A DNA stretch of 63,194 nt, the filler included, from Pelomyxa schiedti (taxonomy: Eukaryota > Protista > Evosea), in NCBI GenBank assembly GCA_020536535.1. It is 7 parts of 7 records of this genome, joined end to end, with 100 filler letters (N's around TTAATTAATTAA, not from the genome) between each part and the next. Parts side by side here need not be neighbours in the genome. Positions count along the whole stretch, not along the records: positions 1 to 9,631 come from JAHLWZ010001288.1; positions 9,732 to 38,108 come from JAHLWZ010001022.1; 5 more parts are not named here. One strand, given 5' to 3'. Shown here one piece after another: positions 1-11,304 of the stretch; the first letter of the stretch is position 1; the number at the start of each line of letters is the position of its first letter. The notes under the pieces are model-generated. The model searched no databases. It was not told the DNA's origin and was given only the letters and a program-made list of their open reading frames with translations. The translations under genes and the position numbers were made by a program.

Positions 1-3000
1 AGTGCGACTGGGAATCCTGGTGGAGGTGTTTGATAGAGGCACAAAGCTTCCACGTAATCCCGCTCCATGGAAAACCAGTCATAGAGTTCTGCTACTCGGA
101 GCAAGTTTTCGTAATCCCTCACTTGCTGCTGATGATTTGCACAGCAACAGGAACGCTGCCCCTCGCCGGTAGGAGCTTGTCTCACTCTAGAAGGTGCTAC
201 TAATACATGGTGTAACGTGATACATAAAGCGGGGTATATCTGAGCGATATATCTCCCTTTCAACAACTGGCAAGATAGATCCCTAAAAGTGGGTGGGATC
301 AGAGGGAAAGTTTCAAACGGGGGTTGGTGCATACAACACAAATTCGTGTTGCCAGTTTGGTGCTGAACGGGAGGCTCCATCCAAAAAGGATATGAGATTG
401 CGAAGGAACATCGGTTTATTCTCGATTACGGTACCCTGTATCATTGGGTATTAAAACAAAAAGATATACTGACTCAATTTGAAAGGCACTCAAACCTGCT
501 CTGGAGCCAAAAAATCTACCACAGCTGTAATCAAGCCACTCATTGCTGGGTTTGAAATTCTTCCAGCCCAGGGGTCAAGGACGCAAATTGTCACTCGACG
601 ATGGCGCCGGCCGCTTTGCACCTTCCTTTTATTAAAGGAAGATGAAGGTGCAGTCTGTGATGAATTGTGATCGGTATTCAAATCGCAGAGACTTGGTTCT
701 TCAGCCTGCCTGTCTTCATCTGTCAGTTGAGGTGCCTCCAGCATTGAGCCTTCAAATTTTGGCCTCGCTTTGCTCACCTGACATGTTGTCGCTGGTGTGG
801 GCCCGGGAGCGCAAGAACTTTGGTTGGCAGGAAGAAGAACAAAAGGAGGCGGAGACCCCTGTGCGGGACCGAATGTGAGGACTGGCGTGAGGCGGCTTTG
901 CTGTTGGGGAATTGGAGATTCGTTCCGCTCGATGGAAGTTGTTGAGAAACCTCGTGGCGGTGGTGTGGTGGCCGCCGTTTTCGAGGAGAGAGCATCAGGC
1001 TCCTGCGCGGCTGCCAAGCACTCCCCCTGCTCTTCTTCTTGCCCATCGGTTCTCGGAACATCAGAATTTGAAATGTTGGGTGGCTCCGTGATGTGAGAGA
1101 CCCCCTTCTGAGACCCTTGTGGTTGGAGTTTGCTTGCGCTGGGAGGCGAGAGGGGAACTTGTGAGGGCGTCGGCTGTGATGTGGAGGAGTCAAAGTTCCC
1201 CGAAGAATCCTCAATGTTAACATTTCCGTTCGGCATTTCGGTGTTACTTTCGGTACCGCCGGTCTCCAGTTGGTGTGCGTCGTGGACCCTTTCATGCACT
1301 GGTGATGGATGGGGGCTATTGCTCTTACTCTTACTCTTGCTGTTGCTTCGACTGCGATGTAGAGTTTCACTTTTACTTGTACTCCGGTGCCGCAGGTTTC
1401 TAAAGTCAGTGGAGTGAGAATGGAGTTTCACGGGGTTGGCGCGTAACTGTTGATGTCTTGCGCTCTCTGCTGAGCAGTATCGGCTTTGTTGCTGATCTCC
1501 TTCCTCTGTTTTCAAATCTTGTGGATATCCGTTCTTCTCATCAGGGAAAGAAGAACTTTGAAATGCTTGAGGAAGACAACTCTTCTCTTGTTGATTGAGG
1601 TCTCCGTATGTGGTTGAAAATACTTCCTTCCCATCGGTTAATTCTACTTCAGATGAACAACTGAGTACATGATGACAGGCCGGACTTCTGGAACCGTGTT
1701 CGCTTGAAGCGCAACTGTTTGTGGGATGAGTGGAAGTGAAAATGGAAGTTTGATAATATACACCGGCAAGAGCGCAATGAGTCTGACAGACTGCCGGAAA
1801 TGGAGGAAGAGAGAGATTCCAAAGTCGCGGAAGATGTAAATGTGGCATCAGAATTTGAATTTGAATGTGAAGACTGAGAGGATTCATATGTTTGCAGTGG
1901 GGTGGTGTTTGAAGTTGAAGTTGAAAGGCCCGGCTTGCTGCCTTCAGACTTGCTGGAAACAGCAACTGCATTTGTATGTACTACTGCGGAATTTAAACCT
2001 NNNNNNNNNNNNNNNNNNNNNNNNNNNNNNNNNNNNNNNNNNNNNNNNNNNNNNNNNNNNNNNNNNNNNNNNNNNNNNNNNNNNNNNNNNNNNNNNNNNN
2101 GGATTCATATGTTTGCAGTGGGGTGGTGTTTGAAGTTGAAGTTGAAAGGCCCGGCTTGCTGCCTTCAGACTTGCTGGAAACAGCAACTGCATTTGTATGT
2201 ACTACTGCGGAATTTAAACCTTCATTATGAGACGTTGTTGCAGTTGACGCCGCAGAATCTATGGGCTCTTGATTGTGAATTGGAGAAGTTGGAGGCGGAA
2301 AAGGGCAAGCATATTGCACGGAAACATGAGACACAGAATTGTGATGGTAAGGCAAACTGTTGGTTGTGTGCTGGGAACCGGTCTCCATCGGGGGCATACA
2401 AGTTGGTCCGGCCGTTAACCGCCTTTCTCGTTTTTCACGAGAGATAAGGTGTGGGAGAGGGTTGAATTATGGGTTCGGTGAGAAGGGTTGTGGTGGACGT
2501 GTGGTGGCGCCGGGGACCGTTTTCTTTTCAGCTCGTCGTAGCTGTCTGGGTGTTTCTTTTTCCTTGTGAAAATAATTAAAGGAATGCAGTCCCCTTTTGA
2601 AAGGAAATCAACGCGAGAGACGTTGGTTTTGCCAAACACGGGGAAAAAACTTGCAGAATCTCCATCTAAGGCTAGTTGGCAACTCGTCCCTGTTGATCTC
2701 CCCTGAGATCAAACTACTTTCAGGGACAGTGACAGATTTCCCCTTCGTTTCTGATGTTCTGGTTTGGGTGCTGGGTGTGCGCACCACAATCTCGACAATC
2801 ACGGTGCAGATCACGATGTCTCTGTACCGACAGCCATTGTCGCACCTCATATCACCATGGCACCACTAGAACATTACAAAAATTTCTTATTTTATATTTT
2901 TAAAACTGGGTGTTCCAAAAATGGTGATGGCGGTGCTAGTCCATCTGGGGAGCTCGGCACGTGGAGGGAATGCCTTACTAATCGCAGCAGCGTTTCCCAT

Positions 3001-6000
3001 TGAATCTCTGTGATCTTCTTCACCATATAAGGAAGCATCATACAACATAGATCCCTGGCAATTGGGAGGCACGTCGTTCTCTACAATAGGTGACTTTCCG
3101 GTAATTGCAAGGACATTTTGCAACCAGTGGTGCTTCCACAAGGCTTTGCAAATCATTTAGAAGTCTCTTTGCATGCGTGCCTGGAAGTGTGGAAGAAGAA
3201 ATTTGACAGGGAGAGTTGATTGAAAACTATTAGATAGAAGTTTTCTGTGCTGGTGTGGTACCTGATTTGCTACTCCTGTAAAAAACTCAAGATTCCTCTC
3301 ATTCAGTTCTTACGTTTGTTCAACTTCAGGTGTTGGGGAAGAGGTGTGCGGTTCTTATACTCATAAGTCCAATACAAATTGATGAGTCATGTTTCACTCC
3401 CGTAAGAATAAAATCAAAATGGATCTATATCCAACATAAGAGCGTATCCTTCGTTGAAAATAAAGGCATGCAACTCGGACCTTTTCAACTGTCAGAAAAA
3501 ACAAACTCTTCAAGCAATTACCCTGCCACAGTTCACAAAACTGTAAAAAAAATATAGAACTGGGGTGTTTAAAAAATGCACTGTGCCTTTTTGATTGGTG
3601 CCTGAATTACCACTTATTTGAATTGAATGTATTAAAGTATTATAACTTAGCACACATTACAACAGCCCAGCTTACTGGTAGCACTCGAGGTAAATGCACT
3701 AATTCTCTCTGACAAATGGGGTTCATGGGGGTCATGTACCTACTTGGGTAAGGAAAGCAAGAAAACCCGCAATAAAAACCTATAATAATAGAGGCCTCTA
3801 ATTTAGGTGGTGCAGAGGTTCCAATAGAGTCTCTCCGGTGCAGGTTCGGCCATATTCACTAAAAGCACTTCATGAGTCTCACTGGTATAATCAAACTTCA
3901 CAAAAATCTGCTTTTCTGAAACAAGTTAAATAATTCCTGAAAAATTGTTGTCACACCTAAAAAAGGATCCCCCAGCCTATTCACAAACACAGTTGTATTT
4001 GAACTCCAGTCTAATTCCCAGGTAGTTAATAACTTGCTGCGAACTTGACAGCAAAAAGTACATCCCTAAAAACTTCACAAAAAGAAAAAAATATTGACTT
4101 GCCTGATACAGAGGAATTTCAAAGGTACAAAAGGGCGATCTGTAGAACAGGGTAAATTTCAGAGTTATGTTCACCCTCATATGTTGGGCAGAGGTAAGGC
4201 CAGTGGCAGTTGGTTGAACAGGAAGAAAAATGGGTACATAATCCAAAGGCATCAAAATTAGAGAACTGTCACCATGATTGATAGCACATGCAGTCAGTTC
4301 CAGGTGGTTTTTGAGAAGCTTTTATGGTGAAGATCATTCCAGGATCCTTGGGCCCTCACACGGCTTCCATAGAAGTGGGTGTAGTAACTGAGAGGTGGAT
4401 CTTTCCGCTACCCAATCTTGGTGTTCCTCAGCGATAGAGAAAAAAGGGAAGTGCAAACTTCTTTGTTCTTGGAGCCACACGCCTCAGCTCACTCCTGATT
4501 GCAAATCTTAGGATAAGACTCTCAAGTGGCCTTACTGCCAATAGGGAAGGAGGTACAGCGTTGGGTGCGCCAATCCACTTCAGAATACCTGCAATAACTA
4601 GTTCATGTGTCACTTGTGCAAAACACCATCATTAGTCCCTAGTGTCCCGAGTGTCAAATTCACGTTGCCACAGAAACACCCTTGGTCCTGATCGGTAATA
4701 GCAGTGTAAACACAGTTTCCAGCAACCGTAAAACTTTGGACCAAGCAAACTTGTTGAGTTCAAGTGTTTTTGCATCCTTTCAGGCTGCGTCAGTTTTCCC
4801 CAGACGATTAATAACATTCTGTGTCATTGCTCCCTCAGTGTGTGCTAAACACCTTCCCAATTCCGAACGCTGTTGCACTCAGCCAAACAACGACACCCTT
4901 CGCAACTGCGAATTAACGCTAAAAATATCTCAGCTGTCAATTTAAATTAGCAGATTGAGTGATCGTTCTTCCCCATTGACTGTACTGTCAACGAACGGTG
5001 AAGCGTTGTCCCCCCTTTTCAACAACAATGCAGAGGCTGCCCAGCTGGTCTCCGATTGAAACCTTGAGTGTCAATCGACTTGTAATTTTGTCCCAGCATG
5101 GTACCGTGTCTATAAAAAGGAACAACCCATCAATCGACGACAACACCACCGCCGTCACGGAAACGGCGCTTGGCCATGTGTGGTGCGTGCGTGGTAACAA
5201 CACATGCCCGAGTTGCCCTCGCCCACATGGGGCATCAACACCCCCATTCCATCGGCAGTGATGGCCGGACCGTGCTTCCCCATGGCATGCCTGTTTGGGC
5301 CGACGACGCTGTGTCCCCGACGCTGCTCGTTGAGCGTAGGCGAGGGTGTGTTGGTGGCAAGACCAGGATGCGTGCCCACCGTGGTCATTGGCATGTAATA
5401 GTACACAAAGCTAAGGGGCCGCTGTTGTTTCTAACAACCCCTGGGTTGAATGACTGTATTCCTATCACTAATACAATTACGTTTCAGAGCCATTTTCGTG
5501 GGATTTATGGCTGGTTTGCAAGTGGCATCCTGTGTTGTGACTGGGATTTGTCTAACAACGTTGGGCTCTACGAACCAGTTGTTTTCTTTCCGCTGGAGAG
5601 GTCTCCCTATTATCCTTCTTGTTTTCTACAGTTGTTCCTACAGTGTGTCTTTTTTCTGCAACACAATCAAAACAGTCCCACCTCACTCTTTCTTGTTGCA
5701 TTTTTTTTCTTTCTCGGAATGATTACCCATCTCACCATTGCCTGTATGATGCTATTTGGCTTTATTTATGCCTGTAATGCATTCCTGTTCTTCTTCACTG
5801 ACTTCTGGCAGTTTCCTGCGTTTTGGGTTTCTCCACTTTCTCGATTGCTGTGAGAAAGATGGTACACACTCCTAATCAAACCAGTAATAACTTTCAGGCT
5901 GCAATAGGATCACCAACAGGCAATGCTCGCAGTGCTCCCGCTGCAGAGCTTCAGATTCTTGGCAAATACAAGTATGTTCAGTTCCTCAGAGCTTTCTTCC

Positions 6001-7500
6001 GATTTGAAAACAATATTCTGAGCAATTCCCATGCTTAGTGAACATACGCAATACTGGCTTCCTTGCCTTGGTTTCCATGCTGGCATAGGATGGTCCAAGT
6101 GCCTCAAATTGGGCAAGGCAACCTCCTCAACACTACAGGTTCCATCCTATGCTCCAAAACCATAATTAATAATTGGCTCTCTTAGGTGTGTAATCCTGGA
6201 GGGGAACAAAGTGCACGCATTTTTTCCCATTATCACGTACTGTAGGCCAACTAACAATGAGGTCTACCAGAATAAGTCCTGGCCAAGTCGCTCGAGTTGT
6301 ACATGTCAGTGATGGAGTATGTGCGTGATAGAGTGTGAAGATGATGATGTAGACCTTGTTGTTATTACACAACGATGAGCAATCCACATTGAGATGTTGT
6401 GCTGTGAAGGCAGTCTCGTTGTGCGATGTCAAGTCTGGATGCTAGTGCTTGTTGTGCCTGAGTGCATGTATTCAGATTTGTGGCCGTCGTTGTAGTGTTC
6501 GAGAATCAACACCACAAAGCCTCCACCAAATGTGTAATTGTGTGTGGTGCTCATGGTGGGTTTCTGCTGACTGGGCCATCAGCTTTGAGTGGCTGCTTTG
6601 CACATGTATGTAATACCACCCACTACCAAGTTAATTGCTTTGCAGTTTCAAATGGTTGCGAGGTGCTGCCATACCTGGTCTTCTTGGGATTCCGATTCCA
6701 AGCCAGCTGTACTATTCCCACCAGTGCTTTTTGATACCTGCAGCAGCATATTCAATCTCAAAGCTTGCATAGCCAGGCTCCTTTCTGTATGGGCAGCAAG
6801 TGGTACTTCTTCCTGTTCTTATTCTGTTACAGGCATCCCAAGAACGTCCGCCAAGTCGTTTCACATTAGGAATTAAGGTTCTTCTACCTCCGAACTGTCT
6901 GCCTCTCATCCCAAACCACGTGCAGCACTGGAGGAGAGCCATAATTCCGGCTGGTGTGAGACCTCACTAATATAAATGGCACCATGGTGATGGGAGAGCA
7001 GGCTCGGACCAGGAAGCACCCATGACATACAGTCCCAGGTCACTTAACAGTACAAGTAACACCAACATTCGTCGATTCAATCGGATCCATCCCGCACCGA
7101 TCTGCCCTAATCCACATCTGTGCCGGCTGCACCAACAACGACCTGTCAGCCTCACTCCCTCTGGTTCACTTTAGTGCAGCTGAGCAGCTAACTTCTACAG
7201 ATGTCCCTTATTTATTGTTATTTCCTCTCTTGGATTCAGCAGAGAGTTCTCCCGAGTGTACAAACTGCCACCACACCCACCTACTCAAACCATAAGTACG
7301 AAATGTACAAAATATTTACCTTCTTAACATTGGTACTTTTGATCGCCACTGCCGCAAAGGCCCAAGTAATGACTGCAACGAATATTGCATTGTACTGATG
7401 TAAGACCACATCTTTGGCATTCACACAGTGGCTCAATAACTCTTGGCCATTATTTGGCACCAATAAATGCAAGTAGCAAACACGATTTTTACCCAGCACT
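1..7500 (-). CDS. Large multi-exon uncharacterised gene (possibly two genes), 3' end runs off the window; long S/T/P/Q-rich disordered exon(s) at 490-2600 flanked by globular-looking exons
   Basis: Minus-strand exons splice in frame at GT-AG, e.g. ...VVDFLAPEQ|GTVIENKPMFLRNLISFLDG...|GSILPVVEREIYR...DYENLLRVAELYDWF (ca. 640-1); FVNCGR|LKRSELHAFIFNEG; GTHAKRLLNDLQSLVEAPL; LPIARDLCCMMLPYMVKKITEIQWETLLRLVRHSL; THELVIAGILKWIGAPNAVPPSLLAVRPLESLILRFAIRSELRR. No family recognised; the start and full exon chain are uncertain. Confidence 0.45.
1880..2221. other. Scaffold gap (N100, 2001-2100) with a 121-bp sequence duplicated on both sides; assembly artefact
   Basis: 1880-2000 is identical to 2101-2221 (ggattcatatg...aatttaaacct). 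Confidence 0.9.
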
Positions 7501-7558
7501 GTGCTGTTGGTGGAGGAAAGTACAGACCACACCAGGCAGGCACGCTCCACAACAAGGC

Positions 7559-7831
7559 ATGGCGACGAGGCGAGTGGCGTGACTGGCCACATGATTGCCC
7601 GCAGGGCCCGGGCGTGCCCTACGCCGCCGCGGGGGGCTGCCCGGTCCGGCGCCCACTGCGGGTGCAGGGGGGGTCTTTTTTTGAGCAAGCCCTTGCTCAG
7701 TCAAAAAGCTAAAGGCTAAAGCTAAGCTAAAAAAAAAAGAGCACTTGCTGGGATGGCGACGAGGCGAGTGGCGTGACTGGCCACATGATTGCCCGCAGGG
7801 CCCGGGCGTGCCCTACGCCGCCGCGGGGGGC
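7559..7831 (+). repeat. 79-bp GC-rich perfect direct repeat (7559-7637, 7753-7831) enclosing a short hairpin and an A-rich tract
   Basis: atggcgacgaggcgagtggcg...acgccgccgcggggggc occurs twice; the spacer contains TGAGCAAG-cc-CTTGCTCA (7682-7699) and aaagctaaaggctaaagctaagctaaaaaaaaaa. Confidence 0.9.
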
Positions 7832-8149
7832 ATCGGCGTGAAAAACATGAAAAAACGTCCAAATTTCGTCCCCGTTAGGCGCCCCGGCAACGAGCGGATT
7901 GTGTCGTACAACGCAAAGAGATATCTTCCATCCAAACGCGTCGGTTCGATGTTACTGCAGTGCTGCTAAAGAGCTGTTTTGGTTTGCCAGCCAGCATTTC
8001 CTTTTCCACCTTACATCCTCCTCTGGATCGCGGTCCGAAAAAAAAAACGCCGGCACCTGGAGTGGAGCTAAAAAAAAAAGCCTGAGTACTTTCTGGAAGT
8101 AAATGATTTTTTTTTTTTCACCTGAAGTCAATTTTCGACTTCAGGTAAT

Positions 8150-9631
8150 GTGGGCACAGGGCCCCGCTGTCGCGAGGGGAGGGGAATGGACGAAGGGAAC
8201 CTCCTGGCATCTGTTAACTTGTTATTGTTGAGTGGGGTGATGATAAAAAGGGAGAGGGAATTACCTTGATGATAGACCTCAGCTCCAAAGCCAGCCAGTC
8301 CCACCTGAATGCTATATTACTGGAAAAAAGAAAAAAAGGAGCCACATACCATGCCGGAAATGCAGAAAAGGGCTGCAGTGGCAATGCAGGGAGACCCTGA
8401 GTTGGCCAGAGCTGCACACATTCTCCTGGCCTGCCTATAAGTCTGGGGGTACCTATTATGTTTGAGTGGGGTGATGATTAAAAAGGAGGGGGACTTACCC
8501 CACTTTCGTGACAGGCTGTCATCTCAGCCGGGCCAGTCCACCTATACAACATTACTTACCCAAAGGGGAGATGAGTGCATGGAGTACCGGGCTAAGAAAA
8601 AGCGGAGAAAATACATGTAGTTCCGGCTTGGTCCATTGAAGTTGGACTGAGTCACTGCATGGAGGCCCTATGTTGGAGTGAGGGAGACTTGAAACACAAA
8701 TGGAAACATACCGCTATGCCTGCTTCTTCTCGTCATTATCCTCAACCTGCGTTGACGTGAGTACAAGACCAAAAACTTAAGTACACCAAACGAAATAAAA
8801 ACAAAGTTAGGGTACAAGACAAAGAAATCCAAACAACAGAACAAAACGAAGTTAAAAAAACAAACTGTTAATACAAAGTAAGGGGAAAAGTCAATAAATA
8901 AGTGACCACAGAATAAAAAAAGCAAGGAGAACAATACTGGAACAGAAGTCAACAGCCAAACACCGCAATGCGCATCACCAGCACTGTCACACCATAAATC
9001 ACCAACGCCCTAGCGACGCTTTGTTTATTAGAATGATTTTTTTGTTGTTTGAAACGAAGACCCCCGCATCTTTTTCTGCATTTCTTCCTGCTTTTCCCGC
9101 TCCCTTTACCACAAACTCCCTCTCGTTTTCCCACCCCAATCGCATTCCTCTGTAATTTCGGAAAATTGGGGTTTTGGCGGGGTGTCAGTGGATTTGGGGG
9201 TGGTCATTTTACCAATGAGGCACTGCGCTTTGTGGTTTTCCCACCCTTGGTGTGCGTGTGTGCGGCGATTGTTTTGGAGTTTGGTGGCAAGTTTTTTGTG
9301 TTTTTCTTCGAGGGAGGCCCACCTTGGCCATTTCTAAGAGTCGAATTCTTGCCATGAACACTGATGAGCCGATGCTGTGTAGCTCTGCCTGCGTTCGGTC
9401 ATGAAAATATCGAATAACAGTTGCCCTCATCACCTCGGTCTGCTGATTCTCCACCTTGGTTTTCTCCTTCACTCCTTGGACTGCATTTTGCATTGCCACT
9501 TTTCTGTGCGGCAATTAGCTTCGTACTTACCCCAAAGATACATACAGGTTTATTTTCTCCTTCTCAGTCCTTTTGCTCTTCTCCCTCTTGTGTTTGTTTG
9601 AAATTTCACTATCCAACGACAACCTAGCTTT
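8150..9631 (-). CDS. Fragment of a putative multi-exon gene (charged, coiled-coil-like exons at 9320-9631; tiny exons and introns at 8150-8670), 5' end cut by contig end
   Basis: ARLSLDSEISNKHKREKSKRTEKEKINL / KVAMQNAVQGVKEKTKVENQQTEVMRATVIRYFHDRTQAELHSIGSSVFMARIRLLEMAK with GT-AG boundaries; the frame through 8150-8670 could not be resolved. Confidence 0.25.
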
Positions 9632-9731
9632 NNNNNNNNNNNNNNNNNNNNNNNNNNNNNNNNNNNNNNNNNNNNTTAATTAATTAANNNNNNNNNNNNN
9701 NNNNNNNNNNNNNNNNNNNNNNNNNNNNNNN
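9632..9731. other. Artificial contig linker (44 N + TTAATTAATTAA + 44 N)
   Basis: Exactly 100 nt with stops in all six frames; the same structure occurs six times in the window. Confidence 0.95.
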
Positions 9732-10375
9732 AGAATCTGCCAGAGGGCAGGTCTCAGAGAAACCGTATGAGGCACATATTGGGTTGTAATTACAACAACC
9801 TCTCTCTGTGTCATGTGAGCCAGCACCAGAGGAGACAGCACCACAACTGGGTAAAACTCCCCACATTGTGATTCTCAGTTTCAGTACAAACTTAGATTGA
9901 CCTTGTGGAACTCAACATGTTGAACACTCAGATCAAGCTCCCATGTGGGAGCAGTAGGGAGTGCCTTCATAACAAATACTCGCCGCGAATGGGGTTGTCC
10001 TCGCCATCTCTGTATACTGTGCGGTCGTAGAGTTTGCATTGTTTGTCTTCAGCTGAAAGAATCAATTTGGTGGCTGTGTCACATCAGCAGGAAATGAAGA
10101 TCAAACATCTGGTAGTTGCGACTTGAACCCAAAACGGGAATTCGCCTGCGGGTCATTATGGTACCGCGGGGAACAGTGGACTGAGAAAGGTGCCCAATAC
10201 CAATCCCAGAATCATGATCATTGAATTGTTCCACAGAGGTAAAAGGATAAGCTCTTTTTCCTTTTACCCCAAAAAACAACCATGGAAAGAAATGGGAAAA
10301 ACGTGTGCCGTGGTGGTTTGAAAACAGCGCTAATTCTTTTGACATGTTCTTCTAATGACCATATGACGGATTCAA

Positions 10376-11038
10376 TTAAATGCCAAATATGGAGTAGACC
10401 TCGTAATCCTCAACAGTAAAAGCGTATGAGCCTGCGAAAAACGTGTTCCACAGCTCTGACGACAGTGATAGTGTGTCAGGGAGCCTGTCTGGCATCGTGC
10501 ACCTATATGGTAACTTCGTGTAACTGCTCTGATTTCCATTGCACAAGTTCGAAATGTGCAGGTCATGGCCGTCACCAAACGTGGGGCCGTAGCCTGGGTG
10601 TGCATGAATTGCATTGGTACCGGGAATTTGGAACTTGATAACACTATTTGCATCACGAGGGTGCCCTGCAATTTTCCTCAAAAAAAGGGGTGAGAGAATG
10701 GCAGAAAAACCTGGCCTCTTTGCCGAGAAAAGAAATGTGGAGCCACTGGAATCTGCAACATATCCACAAGCAACGGAGGCCCAGTTTGCCCTCGTGAACC
10801 CCCCAAACACGTGGCCACTCGGCGTCCTCGCGATCACAAGCGTTGGGCCCCTGTTGTCACAAATGGCGTGGAACTGCGTGGACTCGAATCCGTTGACGGA
10901 AGCCCGGAATATCCTCTTTGCAACCACGGCCTCGGCGTCGCCAAACAAGCAGGTCTTCAGCCTCTGATCCAACATGTCAGGCACCGGTGCTCCCGTAGAC
11001 GTTCCAGTCCCACAACCGCTCGCTGTTGTGGCTGCCAT
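10376..11038 (-). CDS. TLDc (TBC/LysM-associated) domain protein, 220 aa, apparently intronless
   Basis: IFRASVNGFESTQFHAICDNRGPTLVIARTPSGHVFGGFT...TFLFS...YGPTFGDGHDLHIS...FAGSYAFTVEDYEVY matches the TLDc consensus from end to end. Confidence 0.9.
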   Translation of the reverse strand: MAATTASGCGTGTSTGAPVPDMLDQRLKTCLFGDAEAVVAKRIFRASVNGFESTQFHAICDNRGPTLVIARTPSGHVFGGFTRANWASVACGYVADSSGSTFLFSAKRPGFSAILSPLFLRKIAGHPRDANSVIKFQIPGTNAIHAHPGYGPTFGDGHDLHISNLCNGNQSSYTKLPYRCTMPDRLPDTLSLSSELWNTFFAGSYAFTVEDYEVYSIFGI

Positions 11039-11304
11039 TTCGTTGTTTTATGTGTTGAACAGAAAGAAACGCTGAGAGTTTCTGCTTCGGTTTTCTGATT
11101 GCATCTCCTAACTTGGGCAGGTGTAAGACAGCCAACTTGGAACTTCCTTGACAACTCCCGGAGGTTGTGGAGGAGTCGAGACCAAGGACATGTGGCCTCC
11201 CAGACTTCCAGGGACCTACTTGAAGGAATGGCTGCGTCGACTCCTTCACCAAGATCCATCAAGAGCGAAAAAGAAACCCAACAAAAGCCCTTTTTTTCCT
11301 GCAA

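Noticed and set aside
200-640. SPOC domain in the segment A gene (LRNLISFL...VLYAPTP)
   Set aside because: Only two short motifs resemble RBM15 SPOC; the AAGV motif and upstream strands are not evident.
1880-2221. 121-bp tandem duplication (and the similar one at 55931-56136)
   Set aside because: Both straddle an N100 gap exactly, the signature of unmerged overlapping contig ends.
9676-9687. TTAATTAATTAA as a biological palindrome, piggyBac site or repeated element
   Set aside because: It always sits centred in 44 N + 44 N with identical geometry; it is a six-frame-stop assembly linker.
9732-10345. Possible minus-strand gene fragment (AEDKQCKLYD, WD40-like)
   Set aside because: No consistent exon chain could be built.
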